The notes below the pieces were generated by a model, which saw nothing but the letters and a program-made list of their open reading frames with translations, was not told where the DNA came from and searched no databases. Positions 1-7,525 of a stretch of 18,984 bases of DNA are shown piece after piece (position 1 is the first letter of the stretch; every line of letters begins with the position of its first letter). The position numbers were made by a program, and so were the translations under genes. This DNA comes from Clostridia bacterium. Its GTDB lineage: Bacteria > Bacillota > Clostridia > Christensenellales > Aristaeellaceae. Location of the stretch: positions 1 through 18,984 of the forward strand of contig JAZLIA010000023.1 in the NCBI GenBank assembly GCA_045617125.1, given 5' to 3'.

Positions 1-136
1 GTAGGCTCCTCGGCTTTGCTACGCCGCTTCCTCCCCTCCTGCCATTACTGGTAGCAGCTTGCGGTTCGCTACACTTGGCGGTAAATACCCGTGGCGGGAC
101 TTTCACCCGCTAGAATTGTGCCATGCCCGGCACACG
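1..136 (-). other. Unassigned structured non-coding segment at the window edge (possibly the 5' part of a riboswitch-like leader for a gene beyond position 1; identity unresolved)
   Basis: No protein-like ORF in any frame. Read on the minus strand it contains a GUGCC-GGGCAU-GGCAC hairpin (118-133), a GCGGG-UGAAAGU-CCCGC hairpin (94-110), a GUAGC...GCUAC helix, a GUAA-capped hairpin and a terminal AAAGCCGAGGAGCCUAC tract. The motif order loosely recalls cobalamin-type leaders, but the conserved GGGAA element is absent. Confidence 0.2.
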
Positions 137-157
137 CAAAAAAGCCGTATCGGCTCA
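137..157 (-). terminator. Intrinsic terminator downstream of glyQS
   Basis: The minus strand reads GAGCCG-AUA-CGGCUU followed by a U-run (plus-strand A-run 138-143), about 28 nt after the glyQS stop. The stem is short (5-6 bp). Confidence 0.5.
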
Positions 158-184
158 TTACCGGTACAGCTTTCTTTGCACAGA

Positions 185-1567
185 TCAGAAGGCCTGCATA
201 TCTTCAATATACTTTCTAAGTTCAGGAATCGCAACACGCTGCTGTTCCATGGTGTCGCGGTCACGCACGGTAACCGTGCCGGTCTCCTCTGTTTCGAAAT
301 CAACAGTGATGCACACGGGAGTTCCGATCTCATCCTGACGGCGATAACGCTTGCCGATGGAACCGGTCTCATCATAGTCCACCATGAAGTACTTGCTCAG
401 TTCCTCATACACCTCAGAAGCCTTCGCACCCAGCTTATTTTTCTGCAAAGGCAAAACGGCCGCCTTGAAGGGAGCAAGGGCAGGATGCAGATGCAGCACC
501 ACGCGGGAATCATTCTCACCCAGCTCCTGTTCCTCGTAAGCATTGCACAGGAAAGCCAAAACAGCGCGTTCCACACCAAGCGAGGGCTCAATGCAGTAAG
601 GAATATACCTTTCATTGGTCACAGGATCAAGATAATCCAGGGTCTTTCCACTGTGCTCACTGTGACGGGTAAGGTCATAATCGGTACGGTCTGCCACGCC
701 CCAGAGCTCACCCCATCCGAACGGGAAGAGGAACTCAAAGTCCGTAGTCGCTTTGGAATAGAAAGCCAGCTTTTCAGGTTCATGATCCCGTAAACGAAGA
801 TTCTCTTCCCGGATGCCCAGATTGATCAGCCAATCCCGGCAGAAGGAACGCCAGTAATTGAACCAATCCAGGTCCTCACCGGGCTTGCAGAAGAATTCCA
901 GTTCCATCTGTTCAAATTCGCGCACGCGGAAAATGAAGTTGCCCGGGGTGATCTCGTTACGGAAGGATTTCCCGATCTGTCCAATACCGGCAGGAAGCTT
1001 CTTGCGGCTGGAACGGATCACATTGGCAAAGTTCACAAAAATACCCTGTGCCGTTTCGGGACGCAGATAGATCTCGTTTGAAGCGCCTTCCGTAACACCT
1101 GCGAAGGTCTTAAACATCAAGTTGAACTGGCGGATCCCGGTAAAATCCTTCTTGCCGCACACCGGGCAGACAATATCATGCGAGGCGATATAATCTTCCA
1201 GTTCCTTATTGGTCCATCCGTCACCGGTCTCTTCGCCTTTGGTATAATCTTCGATCAGTTTGTCGGCACGGAAGCGGGCCTTGCAGTCCTTGCAATCCAT
1301 CAAAGGATCATTAAAACCGCCCACATGACCGGAAGCGACCCACACTTCGCGGTTCATCAGGATGCCGCTGTCCAGACCCACGTTATATTTACTTTCCTGA
1401 ATAAATTTCTGCCACCAGGCCTTCTTCACATTATTCTTGAATTCCACGCCAAGCGGTCCAAAGTCCCAGCTGTTTGCCAATCCGCCATAAATATCACTTC
1501 CCGGGAAAATAAACCCGCGGTTCTTACACAGTGCAGCCAGCTTATCCATCGTCAGTTTCTCGGCCAT
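185..1567 (-). CDS. glyQS: Glycine--tRNA ligase (class II, homodimeric GlyQS type)
   Basis: 460-aa ORF. The N-terminus [52 protein letters not shown] and the length are typical of bacterial alpha2 GlyRS. GGGGAGGA RBS 8 nt upstream of the ATG at 1567. Confidence 0.95.
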   Translation of the reverse strand: MAEKLTMDKLAALCKNRGFIFPGSDIYGGLANSWDFGPLGVEFKNNVKKAWWQKFIQESKYNVGLDSGILMNREVWVASGHVGGFNDPLMDCKDCKARFRADKLIEDYTKGEETGDGWTNKELEDYIASHDIVCPVCGKKDFTGIRQFNLMFKTFAGVTEGASNEIYLRPETAQGIFVNFANVIRSSRKKLPAGIGQIGKSFRNEITPGNFIFRVREFEQMELEFFCKPGEDLDWFNYWRSFCRDWLINLGIREENLRLRDHEPEKLAFYSKATTDFEFLFPFGWGELWGVADRTDYDLTRHSEHSGKTLDYLDPVTNERYIPYCIEPSLGVERAVLAFLCNAYEEQELGENDSRVVLHLHPALAPFKAAVLPLQKNKLGAKASEVYEELSKYFMVDYDETGSIGKRYRRQDEIGTPVCITVDFETEETGTVTVRDRDTMEQQRVAIPELRKYIEDMQAF

Positions 1568-1599
1568 AACCCAATTCCTCCCCTTATTGATACCGGTTT

Positions 1600-1628
1600 A
1601 TCATAGACATTCCTTCAGGATTTGTCAA
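1600..1628 (-). promoter_or_regulatory. Putative sigma-A promoter for glyQS
   Basis: Minus strand reads TTGACA (1628-1623), exactly 17 nt, then TATGAT (1605-1600). This leaves only about 30 nt of leader before the ATG. Confidence 0.5.
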
Positions 1629-1646
1629 GAAAATTCAAGCCGTTCA

Positions 1647-2675
1647 TTACAGCAGCGCGATCAGTTCATCCATCATTTCATCAGTCGTGGCCCAGGATGT
1701 AGCCAGTCTGATCACCGTATGCTCATCATCCGGCTTTTCCCAAACATTGAAGAGAATTTTCCCGTTCAGGCGGTCATACTTTTCCCTGTCAAGCAGAACG
1801 AACTGCTGATTCGTCCAGGAATCGATATAGAGCGTATAACCCTTCCGGATCAAAGCTTCTCTCAGGCGCATTGCCTGACGGATACCGTTTTTTCCGCACT
1901 TTTCATACAACCCGTCTGTAAAAAGCGTGTCAAACTGCACACCGCACAACCGTCCCTTTGCCATCATAGCGCCGCGCTGCTTAGTGAGAGTGATAAAATG
2001 TTCCGGCATTTTTCCCGGTGCAAACACCAACGCTTCGCCGCAAAGGGCGCCGACCTTGGTCCCGCCAATCGTGAAAGCATCACAAATGGAAGCCAGTTGT
2101 GCCAAAGACACGTCATTCTTTTCACTCATCAAAGCATAACCCAGGCGCGCACCATCCGTGTACAGCCGCATACCGTAACGGTCGCACACTTTTCTCAGCT
2201 CCATGAGTTCTGAAAGAGAATACAGCGTGCCATACTCTGTGGGCTGGGAAATATACACCAGGCCCGGAAAAACCATATGGGTATGGGCATCATCACCATA
2301 GAACCGTTTGCAGAGGCTTTCCACATCCCCGGCACAGAGCTTGCCCTCTTTTTGTGGAACCGTAAGGCATTTGTGGCCTGTAAACTCGATCGCTCCCGCT
2401 TCATGGGCATGAATGTGTCCCGTTTCAGCACATACAGCTCCCTCCCAGGGCTGCAGCATGGCTGCGATCGCGGTCACATTGACCTGAGTTCCTCCGCTGA
2501 TGAACACGACCCCCGCATTATCCGGTGCGCTGCATGCACGGCGTATTTTCTGCGCCGCCATACGGCTGTATTCATCATCGCCATAACCGACCTGCTGAAC
2601 CAGGTTGGTCTCGATCAAACGCTTCAGAATATCAAGATGAGCTCCCTCGGAATAGTCATTCTGAAAAGACAGCAT
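1647..2675 (-). CDS. ltaE: PLP-dependent threonine aldolase / beta-eliminating lyase family protein
   Basis: 342 aa with YGDDEY, GGTQVN, DGARLGYAL and DAFTIGGTKVG (PLP-lysine context). Spacing matches low-specificity L-threonine aldolases. AAGGAAGGAAG RBS. Confidence 0.8.
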   Translation of the reverse strand: MLSFQNDYSEGAHLDILKRLIETNLVQQVGYGDDEYSRMAAQKIRRACSAPDNAGVVFISGGTQVNVTAIAAMLQPWEGAVCAETGHIHAHEAGAIEFTGHKCLTVPQKEGKLCAGDVESLCKRFYGDDAHTHMVFPGLVYISQPTEYGTLYSLSELMELRKVCDRYGMRLYTDGARLGYALMSEKNDVSLAQLASICDAFTIGGTKVGALCGEALVFAPGKMPEHFITLTKQRGAMMAKGRLCGVQFDTLFTDGLYEKCGKNGIRQAMRLREALIRKGYTLYIDSWTNQQFVLLDREKYDRLNGKILFNVWEKPDDEHTVIRLATSWATTDEMMDELIALL

Positions 2676-2690
2676 ATTCTTCCTTCCTTT

Positions 2691-2735
2691 CTTAAAAGCG
2701 GCCTCACCGTGAACCCGTCACGCTTCGGCCGCTTT
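2691..2735 (-). terminator. Terminator/attenuator-like hairpin between jag and the aldolase gene
   Basis: Minus strand AAAGCGGCC (2735-2727) pairs with GGCCGCUUU (2703-2695), followed by UUUUAAG. The large 23-nt loop contains an inner CGUGA/UCACG stem. Confidence 0.4.
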
Positions 2736-2742
2736 AACATGA

Positions 2743-3753
2743 TTACTTCAGGGTGATGACCACATGACGGGTGGGTTCTTCGCCCTCACTGTGAGTGGTC
2801 ACTGCGCTGTGATTTTGCAGCGCGGCATGCATGATGCGGCGCTCATAGGGATTCATCGGCTCCAGAGAAACTCTCTTGCCTGTCTTCTGACAGCGATTTG
2901 CCATCCGGTTTGCCAGACGGGTCAGCGCTTCCTCCCGCTTTGCACGGTAATTTTCCGTATCCAAAGTTACGCGCACATAATCGCTCTGTCCCTTATTTAC
3001 GGCAAGGCTGGTCAGATACTGAAGCGCATCCAGCGTTTCTCCGCGGCGGCCGATCAGAATGCCCTTGCTGTCACCCATCATGTTGATACGCACATTGCCT
3101 TCCTCATCCAGGTTGGCATATACCTGCACATCCACCCCCATCTGACGGGTCACATTCATCAGGAACTGCTGTGCCTTTCCTTCATTCGTTGCAGGATCCC
3201 GGATCTCAGCGGGCTCAAGAGGCTTTTCCTCTGCCTTTTCCTCATTTTGATCAGGACGGACTTCCTCCTGAGTTTTCTCGGCCTTCGGCTTGCGGGCAGG
3301 ACGCTTCTGCTCTTTCTTCTCAGTATCCCTGTTCGCGGTTTCCTTTTTCTCGGATTCCTTCTTAACAGTCTCCTTTTTTCCGGTTTCCGCCTTCACAGGT
3401 TTCTTTTCCGGTTCCTGCTTCTCTGTGTCAGCAGGTTTATCTTCGCTTTTATCTTCCCTGGTAACCGAAGCGGCAGCTTTCTTCTGCGGAGCTTTTTTCT
3501 GCTTTTTTTCGGCAGGTTCTTCTTTAGGCTCATCCAGCATGTGAGCAAAAAGGCTGTCCTGTTTTTCTTCTTCGTCTTCCTTCACCGTCAACCGCACCTT
3601 GGCCGGACGGCTTCCAAACAGGCCGAAAAGGCCCTTGCTGCCTTCCATGAGAACTTCAACGTTCACATCGCTGATCACCAGATTCAGCTCGTTTAATCCC
3701 GCTGAAATGGCTTCTTCTGTTGTACGGCCTGTAAATTCGTAGCTCTTCGTCAT
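2743..3753 (-). CDS. jag: Jag/KhpB (SpoIIIJ-associated RNA-binding protein; Jag_N + KH + R3H) with an expanded K/E-rich linker
   Basis: Jag_N-like N-terminus (FTGRTTEEAISAGLNEL...GLFGLFG). C-terminal KH (MMGDSKGILIGRRGETLDALQYL) and R3H (LEPMNPYERRIMHAAL). ATGA overlap with the yidC stop. Confidence 0.9.
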   Translation of the reverse strand: MTKSYEFTGRTTEEAISAGLNELNLVISDVNVEVLMEGSKGLFGLFGSRPAKVRLTVKEDEEEKQDSLFAHMLDEPKEEPAEKKQKKAPQKKAAASVTREDKSEDKPADTEKQEPEKKPVKAETGKKETVKKESEKKETANRDTEKKEQKRPARKPKAEKTQEEVRPDQNEEKAEEKPLEPAEIRDPATNEGKAQQFLMNVTRQMGVDVQVYANLDEEGNVRINMMGDSKGILIGRRGETLDALQYLTSLAVNKGQSDYVRVTLDTENYRAKREEALTRLANRMANRCQKTGKRVSLEPMNPYERRIMHAALQNHSAVTTHSEGEEPTRHVVITLK

Positions 3754-4775
3754 CTGATCGTTCCTTCCACCTTTAACGGGTTTTTATTTGCATCTTCCCG
3801 GGCTTCCTTCTTATCAAGATACTTGTTGATGCCGAACGTCATACCGATCATCAGCACGTTGCTGGTGACCCAGTAAAGAGCGAAAGCGGCATAAGATGAG
3901 ACGCAGCAGTAGAAGGAGAAAATCGGGAAGAAGTATTTCATGAACTTGGTCATACCCTGACCCTGCTGATTCGCATTGCTGTCATTCGTCTGCACATCCT
4001 GACCGGTGGGATTCACCTTGGTCATGATCAGCTGAGTAGCAAGAGACAAAACAGCAAGGATCATATAACCGTTGCAGGGCCAATAAATATTACCGATCCA
4101 GGTTTGGGTAAGCAGGCAATTTGCTCCCATGGTCTGGTAGAAAACTGAAGCGGAATACGCACTGTTGATGGGGGTAAGCAGAGCGGTCAGATTATTTGCA
4201 AAATCCAGCTCCGTCACATTGAGAGCAATAAGCACACGGCTCAGATCCTCCTGGCTGAGCAGTTCCACGGCCTTCATCCAGCTCTCCTTGGGGATCATGC
4301 GAAGCTGATTCAGGTCCGGCGCGATCGTGCTGAAGAAGGAATCAGGCGCCCAGATGTTCCGGATCCAAAGCAGTGTGTCTGCCGGACGGATCGGATTTTC
4401 CACACCGGAGATCGCTTCAAGCACCTGTCGGGCCATTTCGCGGTTGGCGACAGAACGCATGGCATAGAACATGATCAGCAAAATGGGATACTGCAGCAGC
4501 ATCGGAAGGCAGCCGGAAAGAGGATTGTACTGCTCCTTCTGCATCAGCTCCTGCTGCTTTTTCTGAAGCTTTACCTGATCGTTTGCATACTTCTTCTGGA
4601 TCTCAGTCAGCATAGGCTGAATCTTGGTCATCTTGCGCATGCCCTTACGGCTCTTAACATCCAGAGGCAGTACGAGCAGACGGAACAGCACCGAAAATAC
4701 CACCAGCGAGATTGCATAATATGCAAAAAAATTGTCATTCAGCCAATCAATAATACTAACCAAAAAATCGATCAC
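3750..4775 (-). CDS. yidC: YidC/Oxa1-family membrane protein insertase
   Basis: 341 aa with the hallmark [28 protein letters not shown]...[26 protein letters not shown] start at 4775 preceded by AGGAGGG (9-nt spacer). GTGA overlap with the yidD stop. Confidence 0.93.
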   Translation of the reverse strand: MIDFLVSIIDWLNDNFFAYYAISLVVFSVLFRLLVLPLDVKSRKGMRKMTKIQPMLTEIQKKYANDQVKLQKKQQELMQKEQYNPLSGCLPMLLQYPILLIMFYAMRSVANREMARQVLEAISGVENPIRPADTLLWIRNIWAPDSFFSTIAPDLNQLRMIPKESWMKAVELLSQEDLSRVLIALNVTELDFANNLTALLTPINSAYSASVFYQTMGANCLLTQTWIGNIYWPCNGYMILAVLSLATQLIMTKVNPTGQDVQTNDSNANQQGQGMTKFMKYFFPIFSFYCCVSSYAAFALYWVTSNVLMIGMTFGINKYLDKKEAREDANKNPLKVEGTIR

Positions 4776-5020
4776 CGGTTTTCGTCCCTCCTAACATAAA
4801 AATCGGGATAAGGGGGTACCGGATCGTACCCACCTTTGCAAAACGGGTTACACCTCAGAATCCTTCTTAAAGCCATTCCTCCACCGCGCAGAGCTCCCCA
4901 TTTTTCAATGGCTTCCATCGCATACGCGGAGCAGGTCGGTATAAACCGACAGCATGCCGGTTTGTTGGGACTGATGTGATGACGGTAGAACCTGATCAGT
5001 CCAAGAAGTATCTTTTTCAT
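4772..5020 (-). CDS. yidD: Membrane protein insertion efficiency factor YidD
   Basis: 82 aa with [53 protein letters not shown], the canonical YidD motif. ATGA overlap with the rnpA stop. Confidence 0.93.
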   Translation of the reverse strand: MKKILLGLIRFYRHHISPNKPACCRFIPTCSAYAMEAIEKWGALRGGGMALRRILRCNPFCKGGYDPVPPYPDFYVRRDENR

Positions 5021-5355
5021 TCCAGACGACCCTTATACAGGTTTTGTTTTCTCAGCAGATACCGCATGCTGCTCAGAAGCGTGCGATAATCTGCCTGCGC
5101 AGCAAGCGGTTTCACGGCAAAAACATAATAGCCGCATTTCAGATTATTGGTCTGGGAAGAAAAGGCTGCCCGCAGGCGGCGCTTGATACGATTGCGCATG
5201 AAGGCCTTTCCCACCTTCTTGCTTACAGAAAAACCAACCTGAAGCCGGGGCGCCCTGATATACAGCAATGTCAGTTCCCGGCAGGAAGCCGCGCTCCCCT
5301 TCCGGTATACATATTGAAACTGACCGTTTTTCCGGATACGATATTCTTTCTGCAT
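5017..5355 (-). CDS. rnpA: Ribonuclease P protein component
   Basis: From the internal ATG at 5355: [20 protein letters not shown]...[17 protein letters not shown] (RNR motif). The 26-codon upstream extension in the ORF track overlaps the rpmH-rnpA hairpin and is not RnpA-like. Confidence 0.88.
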   Translation of the reverse strand: MQKEYRIRKNGQFQYVYRKGSAASCRELTLLYIRAPRLQVGFSVSKKVGKAFMRNRIKRRLRAAFSSQTNNLKCGYYVFAVKPLAAQADYRTLLSSMRYLLRKQNLYKGRLE

Positions 5356-5392
5356 AACAAACACCCTGTCTCCCGGACATGGCCGCGAATAT

Positions 5393-5448
5393 CTAAAACA
5401 AAACCCGCCCCTGTTCAACATGCACGATGGCAAGCATTGGGGCGGGCT
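5393..5448 (-). terminator. Terminator-like hairpin (probable attenuator) between rpmH and rnpA
   Basis: Minus strand CCCGCCCC (5446-5439) pairs with GGGGCGGG (5411-5404), followed directly by UUUUGUUUU. The 27-nt loop is longer than in a textbook terminator. Confidence 0.4.
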
Positions 5449-5490
5449 AAGCCATACAGAACACGAGCGAGGTCTTCCGTCAGGAGCTGA

Positions 5491-5625
5491 TCAGACGGTA
5501 AGCTGCTTACGGCCCCGACGGCGACGGGCAGCCAGAACTCTGCGGCCGTTCTTGGTGGACATACGGGCACGGAAACCGTGAACCTTATTGCGCTGACGTT
5601 TCTTAGGCTGATAAGTGTGCTTCAT
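5491..5625 (-). CDS. rpmH: 50S ribosomal protein L34
   Basis: Not in the supplied ORF track (too short). Hand translation of the minus strand gives [44 protein letters not shown] (44 aa), a canonical L34. AGGAGAG RBS upstream. Lies directly upstream of rnpA as in most bacteria. Confidence 0.95.
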   Translation of the reverse strand: MKHTYQPKKRQRNKVHGFRARMSTKNGRRVLAARRRRGRKQLTV

Positions 5626-5702
5626 AATCTGTTCTCTCCTTTAATGGTAAATACCTTGCGGTATCGAATTCTCTCTGTGCCCGTTCACAGGACAGCCATT
5701 AT

Positions 5703-5731
5703 AGTATATCCATTGGGTTCCTGAGTGTCAA
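5703..5731 (-). promoter_or_regulatory. Putative sigma-A promoter of the rpmH-rnpA-yidD-yidC-jag operon
   Basis: Minus strand reads TTGACA (5731-5726), 17 nt, then TATACT (5708-5703), about 70 nt upstream of the rpmH ATG. Confidence 0.6.
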
Positions 5732-5775
5732 GCATTTTTTGTGCTTTATCCCGTTATTTTGCGAGTTTTTCCCTC

Positions 5776-6426
5776 TCACTCCGGAATCGTCTGCTTGAGT
5801 GCGCGCAGCGTCTCCAGCTGCTGAGAGATCTGGTTATCCGCATTATCAAACAGTTCCTTCAAACCACCGGTCAGCTTCGCTTTGATCTCAGCGCATTCAC
5901 GCTGAGTTGCATCCATCAGCTTTTCAGCTTCTTCCCTGGCACGAATCGTGATCTCGTTTTCATCCACCATCTGGTTTGCACGTGCAGCCGCGTCCGCGAT
6001 CATCTGTGCGGCCTGCTGCTGGGCGGAGGCGACCGTCTGGTTAGCCTGGTCATTGGCCAAACGCACAGTATCCGCAGCACGGGTATTGGCATCGGCCACA
6101 GTAGCGCTGGCCTGGGCATTTGCATCCTCCACGGTCTGCTTTGCGGTCACATTTGCCTGCCGCACCGCTTCTTCAGCGGAAACGTTAGCCTGATTCACCG
6201 TCTGTGCAGCGGTGGCATTAGCCGTGTCAATGATCTGCTTTTCATTTTCCAGCACCTGCTGCGCACGCGCCAGGCTGGGATCCATATTCTGTTCCAATTG
6301 TTTGAGAAGATCGGACAGCTGCTGTTTTTCGATCACGACCTTCTGGGTAAGCGGAATTCCCTTGGCATTCGTGAGCAGGATCCTGAGACGATCCACGATC
6401 TGTAGTAACGCAATCTTTTCGGACAT
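5776..6426 (-). CDS. Hypothetical A/Q/N-rich coiled-coil protein with about 8 tandem 11-residue repeats
   Basis: The start at ATG 6426 (MSEKIALLQ...) is preferred because AAGGAGG lies 8 nt upstream. The ORF-track start at 6462 would overlap coaD. No TM segment. The central part is TVxxANxxAxx repeated with period 11. Confidence 0.7.
   Translation of the reverse strand: MSEKIALLQIVDRLRILLTNAKGIPLTQKVVIEKQQLSDLLKQLEQNMDPSLARAQQVLENEKQIIDTANATAAQTVNQANVSAEEAVRQANVTAKQTVEDANAQASATVADANTRAADTVRLANDQANQTVASAQQQAAQMIADAAARANQMVDENEITIRAREEAEKLMDATQRECAEIKAKLTGGLKELFDNADNQISQQLETLRALKQTIPE
5971..6234 (-). repeat. Degenerate 33-nt (11-codon) tandem periodicity inside the coiled-coil CDS
   Basis: The translation aligns as IIDTANATAAQ / TVNQANVSAEE / AVRQANVTAKQ / TVEDANAQASA / TVADANTRAAD / TVRLANDQANQ / TVASAQQQAAQ / MIADAAARANQ. 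Confidence 0.75.
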
Positions 6427-6448
6427 GATCATTTCCTCCTTCAATGTT

Positions 6449-6937
6449 TCAAATCGCACCAAACTTACTTTCCATTGCTTTCTTCACAAAAACAGGTACA
6501 AAAGCGGAGATATCCCCGCCAAAGCTCATGATCTGACGTACGGCCGAGGAACTGATATCGGTTTTTTCCGGAGAAGCGGCCAGAAAAACGGTTTCTGTAT
6601 CCGGCCACAGGGCATGGTTGAGCCGGCTCATTGCGGCTTCACTTTCAAATTCTCCGGCTCCTCTGATCCCTCTTGCGATCACCCGGATGTCAAGCTTTTT
6701 AAGAAGCTCAACCGCGAGACCGTTCCACACCACTACTTCAATATTTTCCAAATTCCCGCAGGCTTCCTCAAGCATCGCTTTTCTTTCTTCTGCGGTGAAC
6801 AGGCCGTTTTTATCAGGGTTAACCAGAATGCCCACATACACCTTTTCATACATCCCGCTCAAACGCTTTATCACATCCATATGCCCCAACGTAACAGGGT
6901 CGAACGAGCCGGGATACAGGCAGCTGTTTTCAGCCAT
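6449..6937 (-). CDS. coaD: Phosphopantetheine adenylyltransferase
   Basis: 162 aa. YPGSFDPVTLGHMDVIKR (nucleotidyltransferase HxGH-type motif), ISSSAVRQ near the C-terminus, typical length. Its ATG directly follows the rsmD stop (TGAATG). Confidence 0.93.
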   Translation of the reverse strand: MAENSCLYPGSFDPVTLGHMDVIKRLSGMYEKVYVGILVNPDKNGLFTAEERKAMLEEACGNLENIEVVVWNGLAVELLKKLDIRVIARGIRGAGEFESEAAMSRLNHALWPDTETVFLAASPEKTDISSSAVRQIMSFGGDISAFVPVFVKKAMESKFGAI

Positions 6938-7525
6938 TCAGGTCAACTTCCTTCCTTCTTCTGTTGCATCCGGCACATCGCCTAGCTTTTTCAAAAGGGT
7001 GATGCCGGTGATCCCGTAATGTCTTTCATCGGTGATCTCAAAACCCTCTCCGGGATTTGGCTTTGCTTCTTTCAAATGCTCCGACACGATACAGCAGTTT
7101 TCTTTCAACAGTCCCGCATCACGAAGAAGCACGCACACCGGAGCTGTATCCATCCGGTAAGGCGGATCCAGAAAAACGAGATCAAAGCTTCTTTTTTCTT
7201 TTTTCAGCCGTCTAATCGCTTCCGTGTCGCTCACAGGCAGAAAGACGGCTTTTTCCTCATAGGCAAGCGACCGGATATTTTTTCGGATTGCTTCTCCTGC
7301 TTTCCGGTCCCGATCCACCATCACCGCGCTGCGCGCACCTCGGGACAAGGCTTCCAACGCCAGTGCACCGCTTCCGGAATAAAGATCCAACACCTCAGCA
7401 TCATACACCCGGCTGCCCAGAATGCTGAAAAGGGCTTCCTTCACCTTGTCCGCAGTGGGACGAGTCTCCTGCCCGTCCGGAGCGATCAGGAGACGTGATC
7501 TTTTTTCTCCCGCAATGATACGCAT
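6938..7525 (-). CDS. rsmD: 16S rRNA (guanine966-N2)-methyltransferase RsmD
   Basis: MRIIAGEKRSRLLIAPDGQETRPTADKVKEALFSIL, LDLYSGSGALALEALSRGA (SAM motif I) and LVFLDPPY (motif IV). The conserved rsmD-coaD pairing is present. Confidence 0.9.
   Translation of the reverse strand: MRIIAGEKRSRLLIAPDGQETRPTADKVKEALFSILGSRVYDAEVLDLYSGSGALALEALSRGARSAVMVDRDRKAGEAIRKNIRSLAYEEKAVFLPVSDTEAIRRLKKEKRSFDLVFLDPPYRMDTAPVCVLLRDAGLLKENCCIVSEHLKEAKPNPGEGFEITDERHYGITGITLLKKLGDVPDATEEGRKLT

Noticed and set aside
1-136. Matches to RNase P RNA (GAAAGUCC), SRP/4.5S RNA (GCGUGUGCCGGG), tmRNA (UUCCUCCCCUCC...GGUAG), FMN riboswitch (GGGUGAAAxUCCC, AAAGCCGA), c-di-GMP-I (GCAAAGCC) and a tRNA-like hairpin
   Set aside because: Each is an isolated short similarity. 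The flanking universally conserved elements are absent or out of order (GGAAAGUCCGGGC with the P4 partner, GGAAGCAGC, the T-arm/CCA end, the FMN J-regions, U33 in the loop). There is also too little space for those RNAs next to glyQS.
3184-3582. Polypyrimidine-rich tract on the plus strand as a possible regulatory or triplex-forming repeat
   Set aside because: It is fully explained as the antisense of AAG/GAA/AAA-rich codons of the K/E-rich Jag linker.
5356-5433. N-terminal extensions offered by the ORF track: rnpA to 5433, iorB to 11928, iorA to 13592, rlmI from 16580, pseudo-receiver to 15584, SPFH to 14763, coiled-coil protein to 6462.
   Set aside because: The extensions overlap upstream genes, promoters or hairpins, use rare starts without an RBS, and add residues foreign to the families. 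Internal ATGs have proper spacing to GGAGG-like sites, or ATGA coupling.
5626-5775. Possible oriC / DnaA-box cluster upstream of rpmH
   Set aside because: Only one 7/9 match (TTATCCCGT). There is no AT-rich unwinding element, no dnaA gene, and gene orientation does not switch here.
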